Part shown: piece after piece, positions 35,901 through 48,040 of the stretch
Position numbering within the stretch: the stretch's first letter is position 1
Layout of the letters: every line of letters starts with the position of its first letter
NCBI RefSeq assembly: GCF_000002075.1
Contig: NW_004797366.1
Coordinates: forward strand, 47,656 to 111,655
Source of the DNA: Aplysia californica
Taxonomy: Eukaryota
DNA length: 64,000 nucleotides
Direction of reading: 5' to 3'
Notes under the pieces: generated by a model
What the model was told of the DNA's origin: nothing
The model's database searches: none
The model's input: the letters and a program-made list of their open reading frames with translations, nothing else
Made by a program: the position numbers and the translations under genes

Positions 35901-38900
35901 GGTACAGAGCAAAAATGCTGGGCCTTGTGTTCCGAGAAGCTTTCCTGTCTATCAGATCTTCAGTCATCATCATACAGAGATTCTATCGAGCTGTAAAGGT
36001 TGGGGAACAGCTAAAGGAGTTGCTAGATACACAGCGGGCCGCTGCAATCAAAATACAGTCAACATACCGGGGCTGGAGTCTTCGCCAGGACTATCTGATG
36101 TTGCGTGCCGCATGTGTCTGTTGTCAGCGCCGGTATCGAGCTGTCCAACTTGGCAGGTCCGTGAGACAGGAAATGAAGCATCGATGTGTGGCAACCAGAG
36201 TGATACAGAGAGAGTGGAGGCGATATCTTTGTGTCAGAGAGGCCAAAAGAGAGCTGGAGGAGAGGAGAGAGGAAGTGAGGAGAGAATCGCAGAGACAGCA
36301 GGAGGCTGAGAGATTAGCAGAAGAACAGAGGTTGATGCAAGAAAAAGCAGAAGACGAAAGGAAAGTTTTTGAAATGCAGAGATGTCAAGCAGCAAGAGTT
36401 ATACAAAAACAGTTTGTTTTGTACCGTCAAAAATTGTGCAGTGAGAGGAGAGAAAAAGCTGCTGTTATGGTACAAAAGTGTTTCAGAGCGTATTTAGTCA
36501 GGTGTAAATATCAAGAGACAAGAAACAAACTCTTGTTCTTGCAAAGGCTGATCAGAGGGTTTGCTGTCAGACGAGACTTTGAGAGACAACGATTGGTAGC
36601 AGTTCTTATACAGAGATGGTGGAGAGCTACTTTGTTGGCCAAACACTGTAGGCAAGAGTTTGAGTCCAGTAGAGATGCTGCTGTCAGAATACAGACCATG
36701 TACAGAATGATCAGGCAGAGACGAGAGTATGCCTTGAGTCTTCAAAGAGTCACTAAAATACAAGCCTGTGTCAGAATGCATGTTGAGCACAAAAGATTTA
36801 TCCATGTGAAATGTGCGACTATTGCCATACAGAGGAGTTTGAGGAGCTATCTGGCAATGAGGAGAGACCGGCAGCAGTTCTTGGCTGCTAAGCACAGTGC
36901 TATTAAGATCCAGTGCGAGATTCGCAAGTGGTTAGCATGTCGCAGACACAAGCAAGAGGCATCAGTCGTGGCCTTGCAGAGCCATTGGAGAATGTGTCAG
37001 CAAAGAAAAGAGTTCCAGGATGCTCGTGAGGCAGCCATGACTCTCCGGGCATTATGGGAAAGTAGTCAGGACAACAAGCAACAGCAGGAGCATGCAGCCC
37101 GCAGCATACAGCTGCTGTTCCGCAACTATATGAATAAGAAGCTTTGCCTCGAGCACACAGCGGCATGCATCATACAGAGGGCATTTAGAACATTCCATCA
37201 AGGCAGACTCCAGGTCAAAGCAGACGCTGCTTCCATAATCCAAAAAGCTTTCAGAAAACATCTTGCCCACAAACGTCAGGTCCAGCATAAATCTGCTGAG
37301 GCCATCCAGTTAGCTTTCAGACAGCACCTCATTCAACGACAGGCGATCAAGAATGAGTCGGCTGTTGTGATCCAGAGTCAAGTGAGGCGGTACCTAGCAT
37401 GCCGTAGATTCCAGGCTATCCTGGGGTCAGTGGTCACCCTCCAGGCTTCAGTAAGGGGCTGGTTGGCCAGGCAGAGAGCCGAAGAGTTACGGAAAGAGCA
37501 AAGAGCTCTCGTCTTCCTGCAGGCTCAAGTACGCGGCTACCTCGTCAGGAAAAAAGTGTTGGTGAGTAGAAGAGTGTCTGTTCTTTTGATGCTGAAGAGT
37601 TTAAAAAATTATTTTTCAAGGGTACAATTAAGGCTGTTATTTCTTGCATATATCCTGGTAATGAGACTCTGAGTAGCTTCAGAAAGGGAAAAAGTATTAT
37701 CGACATTTTTTAAAGTACCGGCTAGATAACTGAATCTCATTAGTCATTTCTATCCCTTGTTTTCCATAGAAATGTGCACAATCTGATTGGAATAGAATGT
37801 TTAAGTCTCTGATGTGTCACAGATTGTTAGCCCATGTCAATCAACTTGCTATCAAGTATGCACTTTCCTAAAAATGTATGCCATAATAGAAAAATGTTGA
37901 TGTGTGGAAGGGATGTTAGGCTCTCTATCATAATTTGGTCAACCTGTTCTATACAATTTGATTATTTGATTATGGAAGTCCGTTGTCTTGCTTTCATCTG
38001 TGGATTTAGTTGAGACTGCCATTTTTTTAAAAATTATTAACTGATTAGCGTGGAAGAATTTGATTATTGTTTCAATAACTCCTTACACAAATTTTTATAT
38101 CTGACAGTAATAAGATTTTGGGAGGAATGGAATAATAATATGTTGTATAAAACTGTATTCAGACAATTAAGTTTTGTAAATTCAACCTGTAGTAAATACT
38201 CGCTGAAACAAACTGCATATATATTGCTTTGGGTCAATGATGGAAACTGAGTTCAGATATCAATTGGTTATTCTCTAGTGTATAATTCTCTGTCTGTCTA
38301 ATTTCTGAAGTTCCTAAGTCATGCAGATGAAGTTTTGAATTGTTTTGACTGCTTCTTTTTTCAAAGTGAAATTTGTAGAAGTATGTGTGTCACATCATCG
38401 TTATCATACCAAAGAGGCTGGTTCCTACCTCGTGGTTTGAAAGAAAAATGTTCGATGTGTGGCACTCGTGCTTCTGTTCAGGTCCTGCCTCTCTCTTTGC
38501 CTGAGCTTCATTGCCAGCTGCCTCAATCTGATCAGAACTCCTCTTTCTTCTCTTGCGTCCAGCCTGTGCTGCAAGCCAGACTCGATGCCATCCAGGAGGA
38601 GAGAAAACAGCGGAAAGCATCTACCAAAATTCAGGTATTTCATTCTTTGTCCATNNNNNNNNNNNNNNNNNNNNNNNNNNNNNNNNNNNNNNNNNNNNNN
38701 NNNNNNNNNNNNNNNNNNNNNNNNNNNNNNNNNNNNNNNNNNNNNNNNNNNNNNNNNNNNNNNNNNNNNNNNNNNNNNNNNNNNNNNNNNNNNNGGGTAC
38801 CCTGCTATAGACAGCGGAAGATCTTGTCAGTTTCAGTTTGAGCGCTTTATCGACTTGTTGCAGAGTATGCTTCATCCGTGTTTGCTTGAATCTCGTTGTT

Positions 38901-41900
38901 GCTTTTGTTTAATTTTGTTTTGTTTTTATGTTACGTCAAGTTCAAAATGACTCTCAGGAAAATAACTCTCAAAATTTCATTTCAGGAAAAGAGTGACGTC
39001 ACAGATAAAACATGAATGCCACTGTGAACGACGCAATCAAGTATCAATTCAAGCACGTTCGACTGCAGGTTTCAGATTACCAATCAACCCTTTCTGAAAA
39101 AGCTTGCGTGTTTTTTTGACTGGGTATGGTTTTATACATTTGCCTCTAAATAGATTTCTAATCAGTCACCCAAAGGAATCGGGAAAATCGCAAAAAGTGA
39201 AAGTGAGAGAAAGAAAGAAAAAGAAAAAGAAAGAGAGAGAGATATATATATAGAGAGAGAACTGGAGAGAGAAAGAGATAACGGAGAGAGAGAAAGGGAT
39301 AGAGGAGAGAGATGGAGAGAGAGAGCGCGAAAGAGAGAAAGAGGGGAGAGAGGAGCGAGAGAGCTGGGGAGAGAGAAAGAGTTACAAAAGAAGGAAAGAG
39401 AGATACAGAGAGAGATACAGAGAGAGATACAGAGAGATACAGAGAGAGATACAGAGAGAGAGGGGGGAGAGGGGGGGGGCNNNNNNNNNNNNNNNNNNNN
39501 NNNNNNNNNNNNNNNNNNNNNNNNNNNNNNNNNNNNNNNNNNNNNNNNNNNNNNNNNNNNNNNNNNNNNNNNNNNNNNNNCTCCCTCTTTCTCTCTAAAG
39601 GAGTAGGGGGTGAGGGGAGAACATTTAGGATGGGGGTAAAGAAAATGTCAGCACAAGGTCAAAATTAAACACAATCATATTTTGAATTCTCTTGTATTTC
39701 ATCAAACTTTCCCTGTTGTGCGATCAGGGAAGTCTTCAGTGCTGTGTTGTCCTCGTGGAATGGATATTCTTCGAAGTCATCAGTTCCCAGCACTTTGATC
39801 TCTCTGTGGGTGATTAGCGGGTGCTCTGGTGTGGTTTGCTCCTTCTTTCCTATCAAACATCTATCGTCCTTATCTCTCCTTCTTTTTTGTTTATGTTACT
39901 CTCTTGTAACACATCTGTTCTTCGGCACTTATATGACCTTATTGTGTTGCAAGTGCTGTAAAACTCTTACTAAACCTAAAAACTAAGATGTCTCTGTTTA
40001 AGATTTATGAGGGATTTTAAAATAGATGACATTATGTGGGAGGTGAAAAAAAAAGTTTTTCATCCGTTTTGCAACCAAGAGCTATGAGAAAAAAATCTCT
40101 ACACAGCTTATTAAATAAATTACAAGCATTTCCTAGGTCACTTGTAAAAATTAGAAGGTAATGTTAATGTTGGTCTGTTGTTTTCAGGCGTTGTGGCGTG
40201 GCTACAAAGTACGGCGGAACAGCCGTAGCCGCAGACTCATCCAGGCACGGAAGAGAATCTCAGAGTTGAGTCAAGAAGCCACTGAAGAGAAGACGCTGGG
40301 GTCGCGTATGTCGTCTGCCTTGGACTACCTGCTGCGTGACAAAGACGTGGCTTACATCCTTGAAGCCATGATGCACCTAGGTGAGGCGTCCTCCACATAG
40401 TTTACCGTTCTCCAGATTTTTTCCAAAATTCCAAGTTTCTTTTCATGTTAACTGAAATTTGATGAAAGATTTTTTTTTTTTTTTTTGTTATTGTTGTTTT
40501 TTGTTAGAGGTTACCACTTTGCTTCCAAAGTTCAAATTCCATTGCTTGTTTGTTCCCTTTTTACAGAATAGTGCAGGAAGCAAAGTGCTGTGTTGGAAAA
40601 GCAGTCACTTGCTTTGTTGGGCATACTTTTGGTGAATGATATATGAAAGCATTGTCAAAATTGTTGAAGAAAACTACCCATTGTCGAGAAGAAAAGTGGT
40701 TGTCTGAGAAAGGTGAAAGGCTTGGACAGTCAGTTTCATTATAATACTGTATTATATTATAGCAAAACCTTAGGAAGGAGAAGTAGGAAGTGGCCTTTTG
40801 CCCAAGTGGATGTCATGGACAGGTGGCAGTTAGAGCAGGTTTGACTGTCTGTACATCATGCTGACTCACCTCACATTACAATTCAAAAGTAAATTGTGGT
40901 CAGGAGCTTATAGAAGTTTTCAGTGTGGATTGCATGTGGTTAGAGAGTGGCACTTTTTGGTTTTTACCTCTTAACTATCCTACTCTCGTTTCCATCATGT
41001 CTGTCTTGCTCTTTTCTGGGGCTTTTTAGTCTTTTTCCTCTGTACTACCCCACTAGACTTTAAGGGTCATCAAAGATAAGTTTCTTCTTCCTGTAGGCTG
41101 TGAATATATTCGTGCCTGCTACATGGATTTTCCTACTTGAGCTTAATGTTCTTTGCCTTTCAAGTAATCAAACAGTTTTCTCACGCATTTAATGCTGGGC
41201 TGAATTTCTTCAGTTTTAGTTTAGAATTTTGCCTGGACTGCTAGCCTTTACTGCCCGGCCTCTATTTTGAGACTTTTGACGCCAGATCGCCACTTAAGAG
41301 GTGTTTTTGGTTCCACGGTTTAGCGTTTTGGGTATTAATTTTGTCAACCCCAAGACCCACATCTGGTCCGGTGCTACAGTTACTTCCTATTTATTTCACC
41401 CATTTTTTTTTTTTAATTCTCGGACCAATTACTTTAAGGTATCGGATGGGGGGGGGTACATTCAACCTCATACCCCTGTACTAGTAGGAACATAGGAACA
41501 AATGTTTTATTTCTCCTTCAGTGAATAAAAGATTAAGAGATTATGAAATTCAGTGATCTTTGTAAGTTACTGTGACATCTTTTCCCATTAAGGAACAAAT
41601 TGGTTTCATTAAAAAATGTATAGCAATGTACAAAAGTTTAATAAATGCACAGAAAATTGAGGTAGCCAACCCGGTACCGGTACTGATGCTGAGGGTAATT
41701 TGCCATTTACACCAAAAAAAAGAAGTTTCATTGAGATATCTAGATTCTAGATATAATATTTCATATGATCGTCTGTCGTGGCAAGCTGGAAAATAATAAT
41801 CGGGGGGTGCAAAACAACTGAAAGGGCGGCGCTTCTTCGATACCTTAGAGTACAAATAGTGGGAGCGTTCGTACAAACAAATCCATCAATCTTTGAATGA

Positions 41901-44900
41901 ATTATAGCCTTCTAGATTACACCCTTCGCTGCCTCAAACTGAGCGTAAAATTGTGGAATCCCTGGTGTACTGAAAGGGTTAAAAGAAATGCCTTACTTCT
42001 TGACTGACAAGTAGGCCTACCCTTGTACCCAGGTGCTTTGACTTGAGAGACAAGCACATTACTGTAGACTAACAGGCCTCCATAAGTTTGTCTCACTGTG
42101 TGTTCCCCCAGAGGTGTCCACCCGCCTGTCCCCCGTGTGCTGTGAGCGCATGATAGAAGTGGACGCCGTGCCGGCCCTCTACCGACTGGCCGCAAGTTGT
42201 AACCGCAGCATCCCGCACATGGAGATCATCAAACACACCGTGGATACGCTGCTCAATCTGGCCAAGGTTTGTCTCTTCCTCTATCCTATGGTCTAATTCT
42301 GTTACCCGACAAAAGGATTTCACAATTCGCTACTTCTCTCTGACCTCATTCAATAATTAATGTCTCTCCCGTCTTGGTCAATGACCTGAAATGGGTGTGT
42401 GTTAATGTCTGTCTATGCTTGGCCCGCAGGATCTTACCCTCTTTTATTCCTGTCTACCTGTCTGTCTTACCTTCCCCCCAGCAATAAGTGACTGGGATAT
42501 TGGTGTTTTCCTGTTATTTCCATTATTATAACTAGACACTCACAAAGCAACTAAAGCAAAAGACACCTGGGGATTCTTTTTCTAGAAAACAATATCCTCA
42601 AAATCCAGACATTTATGTCGTTTTCTTCAAGCAAAAAAGAGGGTGAGAGGAACAGTTATTATTCTCAGCAATTGTTGTCTGTTTGACCTCATATTAGTTT
42701 GTGTCTATAAAGTGTCAAAACTTAAGTCATATTCTATGAACTGACAATGGATGCCACTATGAAAGACAAGCCCTCAAATGTCTCGTAATACGGATGAAGG
42801 GGAATGCCAATATTTTCTATATTTTTGTAATTATTACAATAAAAACTGCTACTACTTCCACTTCCAAACTCTATTTTTGCACTTGAGTGTTTCAGCTTCT
42901 CGCAGCTTCTTGGCGTTTGCCTTAATCAGTTTAGTAACTGATGTCCTTGTGCATTGTCTTTTAGGTTGGAATTTTCCCTCCTTGAGTATTTAATTTGTTT
43001 TTTATCCGTAGTATGACAAAACTGTTGCCGTGGTGATGGAACCAGAGGAGAGTATCTCAACAATCATGGAGCTGATGCTGATCTATCGAGAGAAGGGTCC
43101 CATCTTCTACAAGTGCTGCATGCTTCTTGGCATTCTGGGACTGGACCCTCGAAGACGACAGGTGACTTATTTTTCTTAGAAGTATTTTAAAAAAACTATT
43201 CTTTAGTGGAGATGCACATACTAGTGGATGTGCCTTTGCTGTGGTCTGTTTCCTTTTTTCACTTGGTAACTGCTGAAGCGGTTATCAAAATGACTCCTAA
43301 TAAATTAAAACAGGACAACATCCTGTGAAACTCATTTGTGATTGACATTTATATAGGAATATGTGAGGCAGCATGGTGAAATCAGGCGCTCGTCAAAATA
43401 ATGAAAGTGAAGAAACTTGCATTTTTCTGCAGGTTTGGGAATTTTTATCGAATTTTTTTTTTTTTTTTTGGCTCAACACCTTTCATGCCTGTTAAAGAAC
43501 ACATTCCTGTGTGGATTTTAATGAAAATTGTAGATTAAAGACATAAAAGATGTAAATTTTTAGTTTCCACAGACTCTCAGGCTAAAGAAATTTTGAGAGC
43601 CATTTTCTCGCTCATTTTACCTCTCATACCAAGCAATTCCTCCTTCAATCGCCAATATCTTGACTTGTATCCAAGATAAATAGATATTTTTTCAATCACA
43701 AGCAAGGCAAATGGACAGGCTTTAAGATGATACCAATAACTCAATGTGCCCCAAAATTGACGAGCGCCTGATTCCACCACGTCATGACACACATGGTGTA
43801 ATGGTTAATCTTTTTACCACTGCTCACACAAGACATGAGTTTGATTCCCAAGTGAGGAAGTTATTTCATGAGAGTCACAGTCTGTCTGTTTGGATGCTGT
43901 ATCTCAGTTTGCTTGAGGGGCCTTGATGGGCAGGACGGGTGCAGTCAGTCTTCAAAATTATCTTAACAGTGTCTTTGGGGGCATAGAATTTGTACAGCTG
44001 TAAATTTCTTTTGTAGGACTTCTTCAATGTCCAGTATGTTCCAAAGATGGTTTGTTTTTTGGTTGAGTTTTTTGGTGGTATGACGAGTTGACCATTTTCA
44101 TCTTTAATATGTGTGTGAGATGCCAGTATAGTATGTGACCATTATGATGCTGGATTACTAAAAATGGATCTGTTCAGTACATGTAACCTGAATCAAAGAG
44201 CTTAGTAGGCCTTCAGTGCTCCCGGAGGATATGTTCTAAGGGCATACGAAATATAACCGGGCTCAATTACCTTACATTTACATGAATAGAAATGCTGCAA
44301 TATTCTCTCTTTCCCTTACCCTCTCCTCTCTCTCTCCCTTCCCCCTCTCTCTCTCTGTCTCTCCCCTCCCTCTGTTTCTCTCTTTCTCTCTGTCTCCCCC
44401 CTCCATCCCCACCCACTCCTTCCACAGGCCTTGTGCTTCTATTCTTGTCTACTTAACACTTTGCCATCACAAGGCTCATATAGTAAAAACCCTTGCCATC
44501 AAAGGCAACGGCATTTTGGGGAAAATCCAAAGAAACCGGGTGGTAAACATTGCCGATCGGCGAGATGTGATGACAAAGTGTCAAGGACTTTTGTTTTCTC
44601 TCTCTCCTCAACACACTTCTCAGAGTTGGATTTTGTTGGAGTTTTTTTTTTTTTAAGGGTTTACATCTAAAAAGTAACTTAAAACATCTTATATATATAT
44701 ATACCAAACTTTCACATTGTAGAAAGTTTTCTGCCCCACAAAGGGGTCAGTTTAATTAATTACAGTTTTATCCTTTCCTGTTCTTTCTCCTCCCCCCCAC
44801 GCAGGTAATCCTAAATCAGGCTCACCTCATCGAGCGTCTACAGAGCATTCACTCACTGACGTTGCGAAAACTGAAGGTGAGCCGTACTCACAAGGCAACC

Positions 44901-45080
44901 CAAGCCAAGATGGCCGCCATGAAGTCTTTCAACTGCACCATGCCAGTAGCCACGCCCACCAAGCGGCGACGAATCCGTCCCCAGTGGGTCCTGGCTAAGG
45001 ACACGATGCACGAATTTGATGACCCCCTGACCTCGATCAGCTTTGTGATGGACGTTCTGCATATCGGCCCCAAGCTGTGA
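14433..45080 (+). CDS. ASPM: Abnormal spindle-like microcephaly-associated protein (ASPM/Asp), 23 coding exons, about 3,666 aa
   Basis: Exons: 14433-14761, 15347-15509, 16066-19972, 21236-21316, 22044-22193, 23717-23953, 24494-24561, 25027-25168, 26084-26214, 26597-26772, 28088-28233, 28817-28902, 29531-29648, 30360-30460, 31059-31263, 31547-31617, 32929-33129, 33719-37561, 38563-38634, 40188-40380, 42112-42266, 43012-43161, 44805-45080. All introns are GT-AG, phases are compatible, and the sum is 11,001 nt. ASPM hallmarks: [92 protein letters not shown], the IQ array and CNRSIPHME. Confidence 0.96.
15347..15509 (+). CDS. ASPM: ASPM coding exon 2 (ASH domain)
   Basis: [17 protein letters not shown]; acceptor cag, donor gtaggt. 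Confidence 0.9.
16066..19972 (+). CDS. ASPM: ASPM coding exon 3 (3,907 nt, S/T/P/K-rich, likely disordered)
   Basis: 1324-aa ORF bounded by cacag| and G|gtgagc; phases match both neighbours. Confidence 0.9.
21236..21316 (+). CDS. ASPM: ASPM coding exon 4
   Basis: [11 protein letters not shown] motif; phase 1-1. Confidence 0.85.
22044..22193 (+). CDS. ASPM: ASPM coding exon 5
   Basis: [36 protein letters not shown]. Confidence 0.92.
22557..23368. mobile_element. TIR element hosting a family-B insertion
   Basis: GCGCCTTGAGAAAGGTACAAAAAGTCG is inverted as CGACTTTTGGTACCTTTCTTAGGCAC. Confidence 0.55.
22802..22985 (+). mobile_element. Family-B ~185-bp retroposon (reference copy)
   Basis: Starts GGGTGGTTGGCGGGTGCTCTG, ends in a stem-loop and (CTAAAA)n; 12-bp TSD AAAGGTGTTAAA at 22790-22801 and 22986-22997. 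Confidence 0.85.
23717..23953 (+). CDS. ASPM: ASPM coding exon 6
   Basis: [26 protein letters not shown]. Confidence 0.92.
24494..24561 (+). CDS. ASPM: ASPM coding exon 7
   Basis: [14 protein letters not shown], donor gtaaga. Confidence 0.9.
25027..25168 (+). CDS. ASPM: ASPM coding exon 8
   Basis: TVFGE...[18 protein letters not shown]. Confidence 0.92.
26084..26214 (+). CDS. ASPM: ASPM coding exon 9
   Basis: [17 protein letters not shown]. Confidence 0.92.
26395..26575 (+). mobile_element. Family-B copy
   Basis: Consensus match; TSD CCCACCA. Confidence 0.8.
26597..26772 (+). CDS. ASPM: ASPM coding exon 10 (CH domain)
   Basis: [16 protein letters not shown]...DEFDYAV...DLKDGLRL. Confidence 0.92.
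26940..27115 (+). mobile_element. Family-B copy inserted in a (CT)n microsatellite
   Basis: Consensus match, flanked by CT repeats on both sides. Confidence 0.8.
27817..28017 (+). repeat. Near-perfect 2 x ~100-bp tandem duplication
   Basis: 27817-27916 and 27917-28017 differ by a single indel. Confidence 0.9.
28088..28233 (+). CDS. ASPM: ASPM coding exon 11 (CH domain)
   Basis: [16 protein letters not shown]. Confidence 0.92.
28817..28902 (+). CDS. ASPM: ASPM coding exon 12
   Basis: [22 protein letters not shown]. Confidence 0.92.
29531..29648 (+). CDS. ASPM: ASPM coding exon 13
   Basis: [14 protein letters not shown] second in-frame acceptor exists at 29542. Confidence 0.85.
30360..30460 (+). 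CDS. ASPM: ASPM coding exon 14
   Basis: [18 protein letters not shown], the start of a CH domain. Confidence 0.88.
30764..30855 (+). repeat. 2 x 43-bp perfect tandem duplication
   Basis: TTGTTTCCCATGTAGTGCTCTATTGGCACACTAGAAAGTTCAG occurs twice. Confidence 0.9.
31059..31263 (+). CDS. ASPM: ASPM coding exon 15 (CH domain)
   Basis: [23 protein letters not shown]. Confidence 0.92.
31547..31617 (+). CDS. ASPM: ASPM coding exon 16
   Basis: [13 protein letters not shown]. Confidence 0.88.
31720..32720 (-). mobile_element. 5'-truncated non-LTR retrotransposon (RNase H plus C-terminal zinc knuckle, (AAC)n tail)
   Basis: YTDG..., [24 protein letters not shown], then [12 protein letters not shown]...CP...ETEEHHLFC. 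It carries stops and frameshifts and lies antisense in an ASPM intron. Confidence 0.85.
32929..33129 (+). CDS. ASPM: ASPM coding exon 17
   Basis: LGGVPLM...[25 protein letters not shown] plus the first IQ motif. Confidence 0.92.
33719..37561 (+). CDS. ASPM: ASPM coding exon 18 (3,843 nt IQ-repeat array)
   Basis: About 50 IQxxxRGxxxR-like motifs; phase 0-0. Confidence 0.95.
38563..38634 (+). CDS. ASPM: ASPM coding exon 19
   Basis: Ends in KIQ, which completes an IQ motif with the next exon (ALWRGY). Confidence 0.85.
39807..39984 (+). mobile_element. Family-B copy
   Basis: Consensus match; imperfect TSD GAT(C/G)TCTCTGT. Confidence 0.8.
40188..40380 (+). CDS. ASPM: ASPM coding exon 20
   Basis: [10 protein letters not shown]...SALDYLL. 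Confidence 0.92.
42112..42266 (+). CDS. ASPM: ASPM coding exon 21 (ARM/HEAT-like)
   Basis: TRLSPVCCE...[11 protein letters not shown]...LLNLAK. Confidence 0.92.
43012..43161 (+). CDS. ASPM: ASPM coding exon 22
   Basis: YDKTV...LIYREK...[12 protein letters not shown]. Confidence 0.9.
43359..43790. mobile_element. MITE family D copy
   Basis: ATATGTGAGGCAGCATGGTGAAATCAGGCGCTCGTCAA ... TTGACGAGCGCCTGATTCCACCACG. Confidence 0.75.
44805..45080 (+). CDS. ASPM: ASPM terminal coding exon
   Basis: [32 protein letters not shown] followed by stop TGA. Confidence 0.92.
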   Translation, partial: VILNQAHLIERLQSIHSLTLRKLKVSRTHKATQAKMAAMKSFNCTMPVATPTKRRRIRPQWVLAKDTMHEFDDPLTSISFVMDVLHIGPKL

Positions 45081-45183
45081 ATATGGGAGGTCTATAATGG
45101 ACATTGATGGATATTGTGTTATAATATCCCGGGCCATGAAAAAAGGGGTTCATAACTTGATGTGAATACACGCAAGATACTTT

Positions 45184-45361
45184 GGGTGCCTGGTTGGCAG
45201 GTGCTATTGGTGTGGTTCGCTCCTTCTTTCCTATCCAACATCTATCATCTTTATCTCTCCTCCTTCTTTTTTGTGTTTGTTGCTCTCTTGTAACACATCT
45301 AATCTTTGGCACTTATGTGACCTTATTGTGTTGTAAGTGCGGAAAAACTCTTACTAAAACT
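45184..45361 (+). mobile_element. Family-B copy in the presumed ASPM 3' UTR
   Basis: Consensus match; TSD AAGATACTTT at 45174 and 45371. Confidence 0.8.
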
Positions 45362-48040
45362 TTTTTTTAAAAGATACTTTTGGGGTCTGTCAGCCCTTGA
45401 TCCAAGATTGGAGAGAGGTTGGGGGTTGTTCAAGATGATGTTCATTTTTTAAAATGTTTTTTAAGCTGTTGAGTTTTGGTTTTAACATGCTTTTTTGTGG
45501 CATTAACTGATTTCTATGTCATTGACTGTATAGTAGTACAGCCTGCGCCTCTTTCTTATGTGGGGTTTTTTTTTTAAGGGGTGGGGGGGGATGAAACAGA
45601 CTGAGGGACATTCAGTTTTTACTGACTACTTGTTTTGTTGATAGTATCAAACATTGTGAGAGGTCCAGCATGCGATAGGTGGACACTCCTTTGTAGTCTG
45701 CTCTCTCCGTTTCTCTTCAGGGTTTCCATTACCTTAATCTGCTTATTGGTGAAATGTGGCCATTTTTATACCGAACATGTAAATTACTACTATTTACCGA
45801 CACATCACGACCTTGGTGCTTTCTTGTCGTATCTCCACTTTTAATAACATTAAAGTGAAAACAGTCCACAGCAAAGAGAGAGCTTAAGAAGATGTCACAT
45901 TTTCGCTGTTTAAAAAATATGGAGATACGACAAGAAAGTATCGAGGTCACGCCATATGGAAACTGAAGATGTTTCATTCGTTTTATAACTGAAATTGAAA
46001 CTTTTAACACTTTGACCATATGACTGGGTATCTGTTAATAGTGTTAGGTTTACATGTGCAATTGGCAGTAGACATCTGGACAGATGGTTAGAGAGATTGA
46101 AATGCCAATCTTGAAAGTGTGGTGCTTTTACATTTATGTACATGTAGTTCTCAATGTGCAGTTTTAGTTGTATGAGGCTTTGATAAGTTTTGCATGAGTG
46201 TTAACACCACTAATTTACTACTGCCTTTGGATTGGCCATTTTCTTCTCATTTTACGACTCCTGTTATGAGTGACGGTTTTCGATGTATGATTTTTCCGAT
46301 ATGAGAAACATGACCAATGGCACAGCATGCCTCAGACTGCTTTGATGCTTATCTGTTCTCTGTGAATGTCTTTGGCTTTGGGTTTAAGATTTTCCGATCA
46401 GAGAGAGAGAATGAGCTGTGGTAGTCTTATTGTGGATGATTGTCCCTGTTTTCTATGCTATCCAGAGCAGCTGTTATTCGGTAACCGCAGTCTTTTTGCA
46501 GCATATATATAATGCCATTGTTGGGAGGGTCATTTTTTTTTTTTGCGATATGATCAACACATAATTTCTGTGAATTCTAGTCTCAATTAAGCAGAATAGG
46601 ACACTGGGTGCATTCGTGGGAAGGGTACTTACTGATACTTCATTTCCTCAAAATTTTTCTTTCTGAGCTAAGGACATTTATTATTTGAAGAGCTTGCCGA
46701 TAGTATAAAAATAAATGAGTACTCAACATCTACATACCCAAGACTGAATAATCCCTTACTCCAACAGTGAATGACCCATGAAGTGATTTACGATCTATCG
46801 TACTATGAAGTCTTAGATTACTAACCGATATTTGAGAATTATTATCATGATATATATATGATATTGTTTTATAGCATAAGTTATAACTAGATATAATAAT
46901 ATAAAACTGCTTTTAAATACGATAAAGAATGTTATTGCTTTAGTACTTCCAACATAGCTTTGGTGTAGGTAATCAGCTTTTCATAACAAACATAGTACTG
47001 TATGTGTTTACTTATACTTATACTCACAATAATTTGCTGTAAGCAGGACAATTATATTAAAAGGTGACAGGTTTTGATTTATAGAAAAGAATAGGAAAGG
47101 TAAAATTTTTACAATTTGTTGTAGTTTTATTATTTCATATTTTATTTATACTATAGTTGCCGTTCTTGTTGGACCAAAGATGTATACAGAGTCTTATGAA
47201 CCATTATCTTTAACCTTTGACTTCTTTCATGCTCATTTTTCTTGTACTAGAACCACTGCCAGACCGCAGGGGAATAGTGAACTACGTACAGTCAGGCACA
47301 GATAAAACATGAAAGCGGAAAACTCAAAACCACGTGTAGCTCGAACAAATTGACATTCCTTAACTGATAATGATATAATAAATCTCTCATTTTTCATTGA
47401 CAGTTAACCTGAATTATGGATGCGTTGGACACATTTGTCAGTCCCCGATGTGTTTAAGTCATCCATGCCCTACTATATTATGTCTTTAGTACCTGTAAAC
47501 TAAACATACCAATAACAATCACAACACTACATCCATCCCCTACCATCTCTTCCCTCCCCCTTCTCCTGATGCTGCCTATTTTCTACATCTCTGCAACTTC
47601 ACAAGTACACTGCCGCTATATGGGGTGGTTCTGCATTTTCTGGGATGGTTCATTTCTCCTTTTTTATCATAATAATAATAATAGATAGCATTTGTATAGC
47701 GCATATCCCCGCTCAACAGCAGGTTCTATGCGCTTTACACTATATTATTACCCCAGCAGACCATAGAACACTCCGAAACATTCTCAGCTTCCTGGGAAGC
47801 ATACATCATCACTATTGAAAGCATTAATTCTCTAATGTGGTCTACTTCTTGTGTTTCCTGTTTCAGTGTTATTGTTGTTAAGACTGATCTCCCTGATGTC
47901 TGTAGTGTGTAAGTGGTTCGCAGATGTTCTGGTGTGGTCTGCTCCTGTCTTCTTCTGTGTTAATTTTGTCTTTTCTTGCTTTGTGGGCAGGTGCTCTTGT
48001 GTGGTTTGCTCCATCTTTCCACCAAACATCTTCCATCTAT

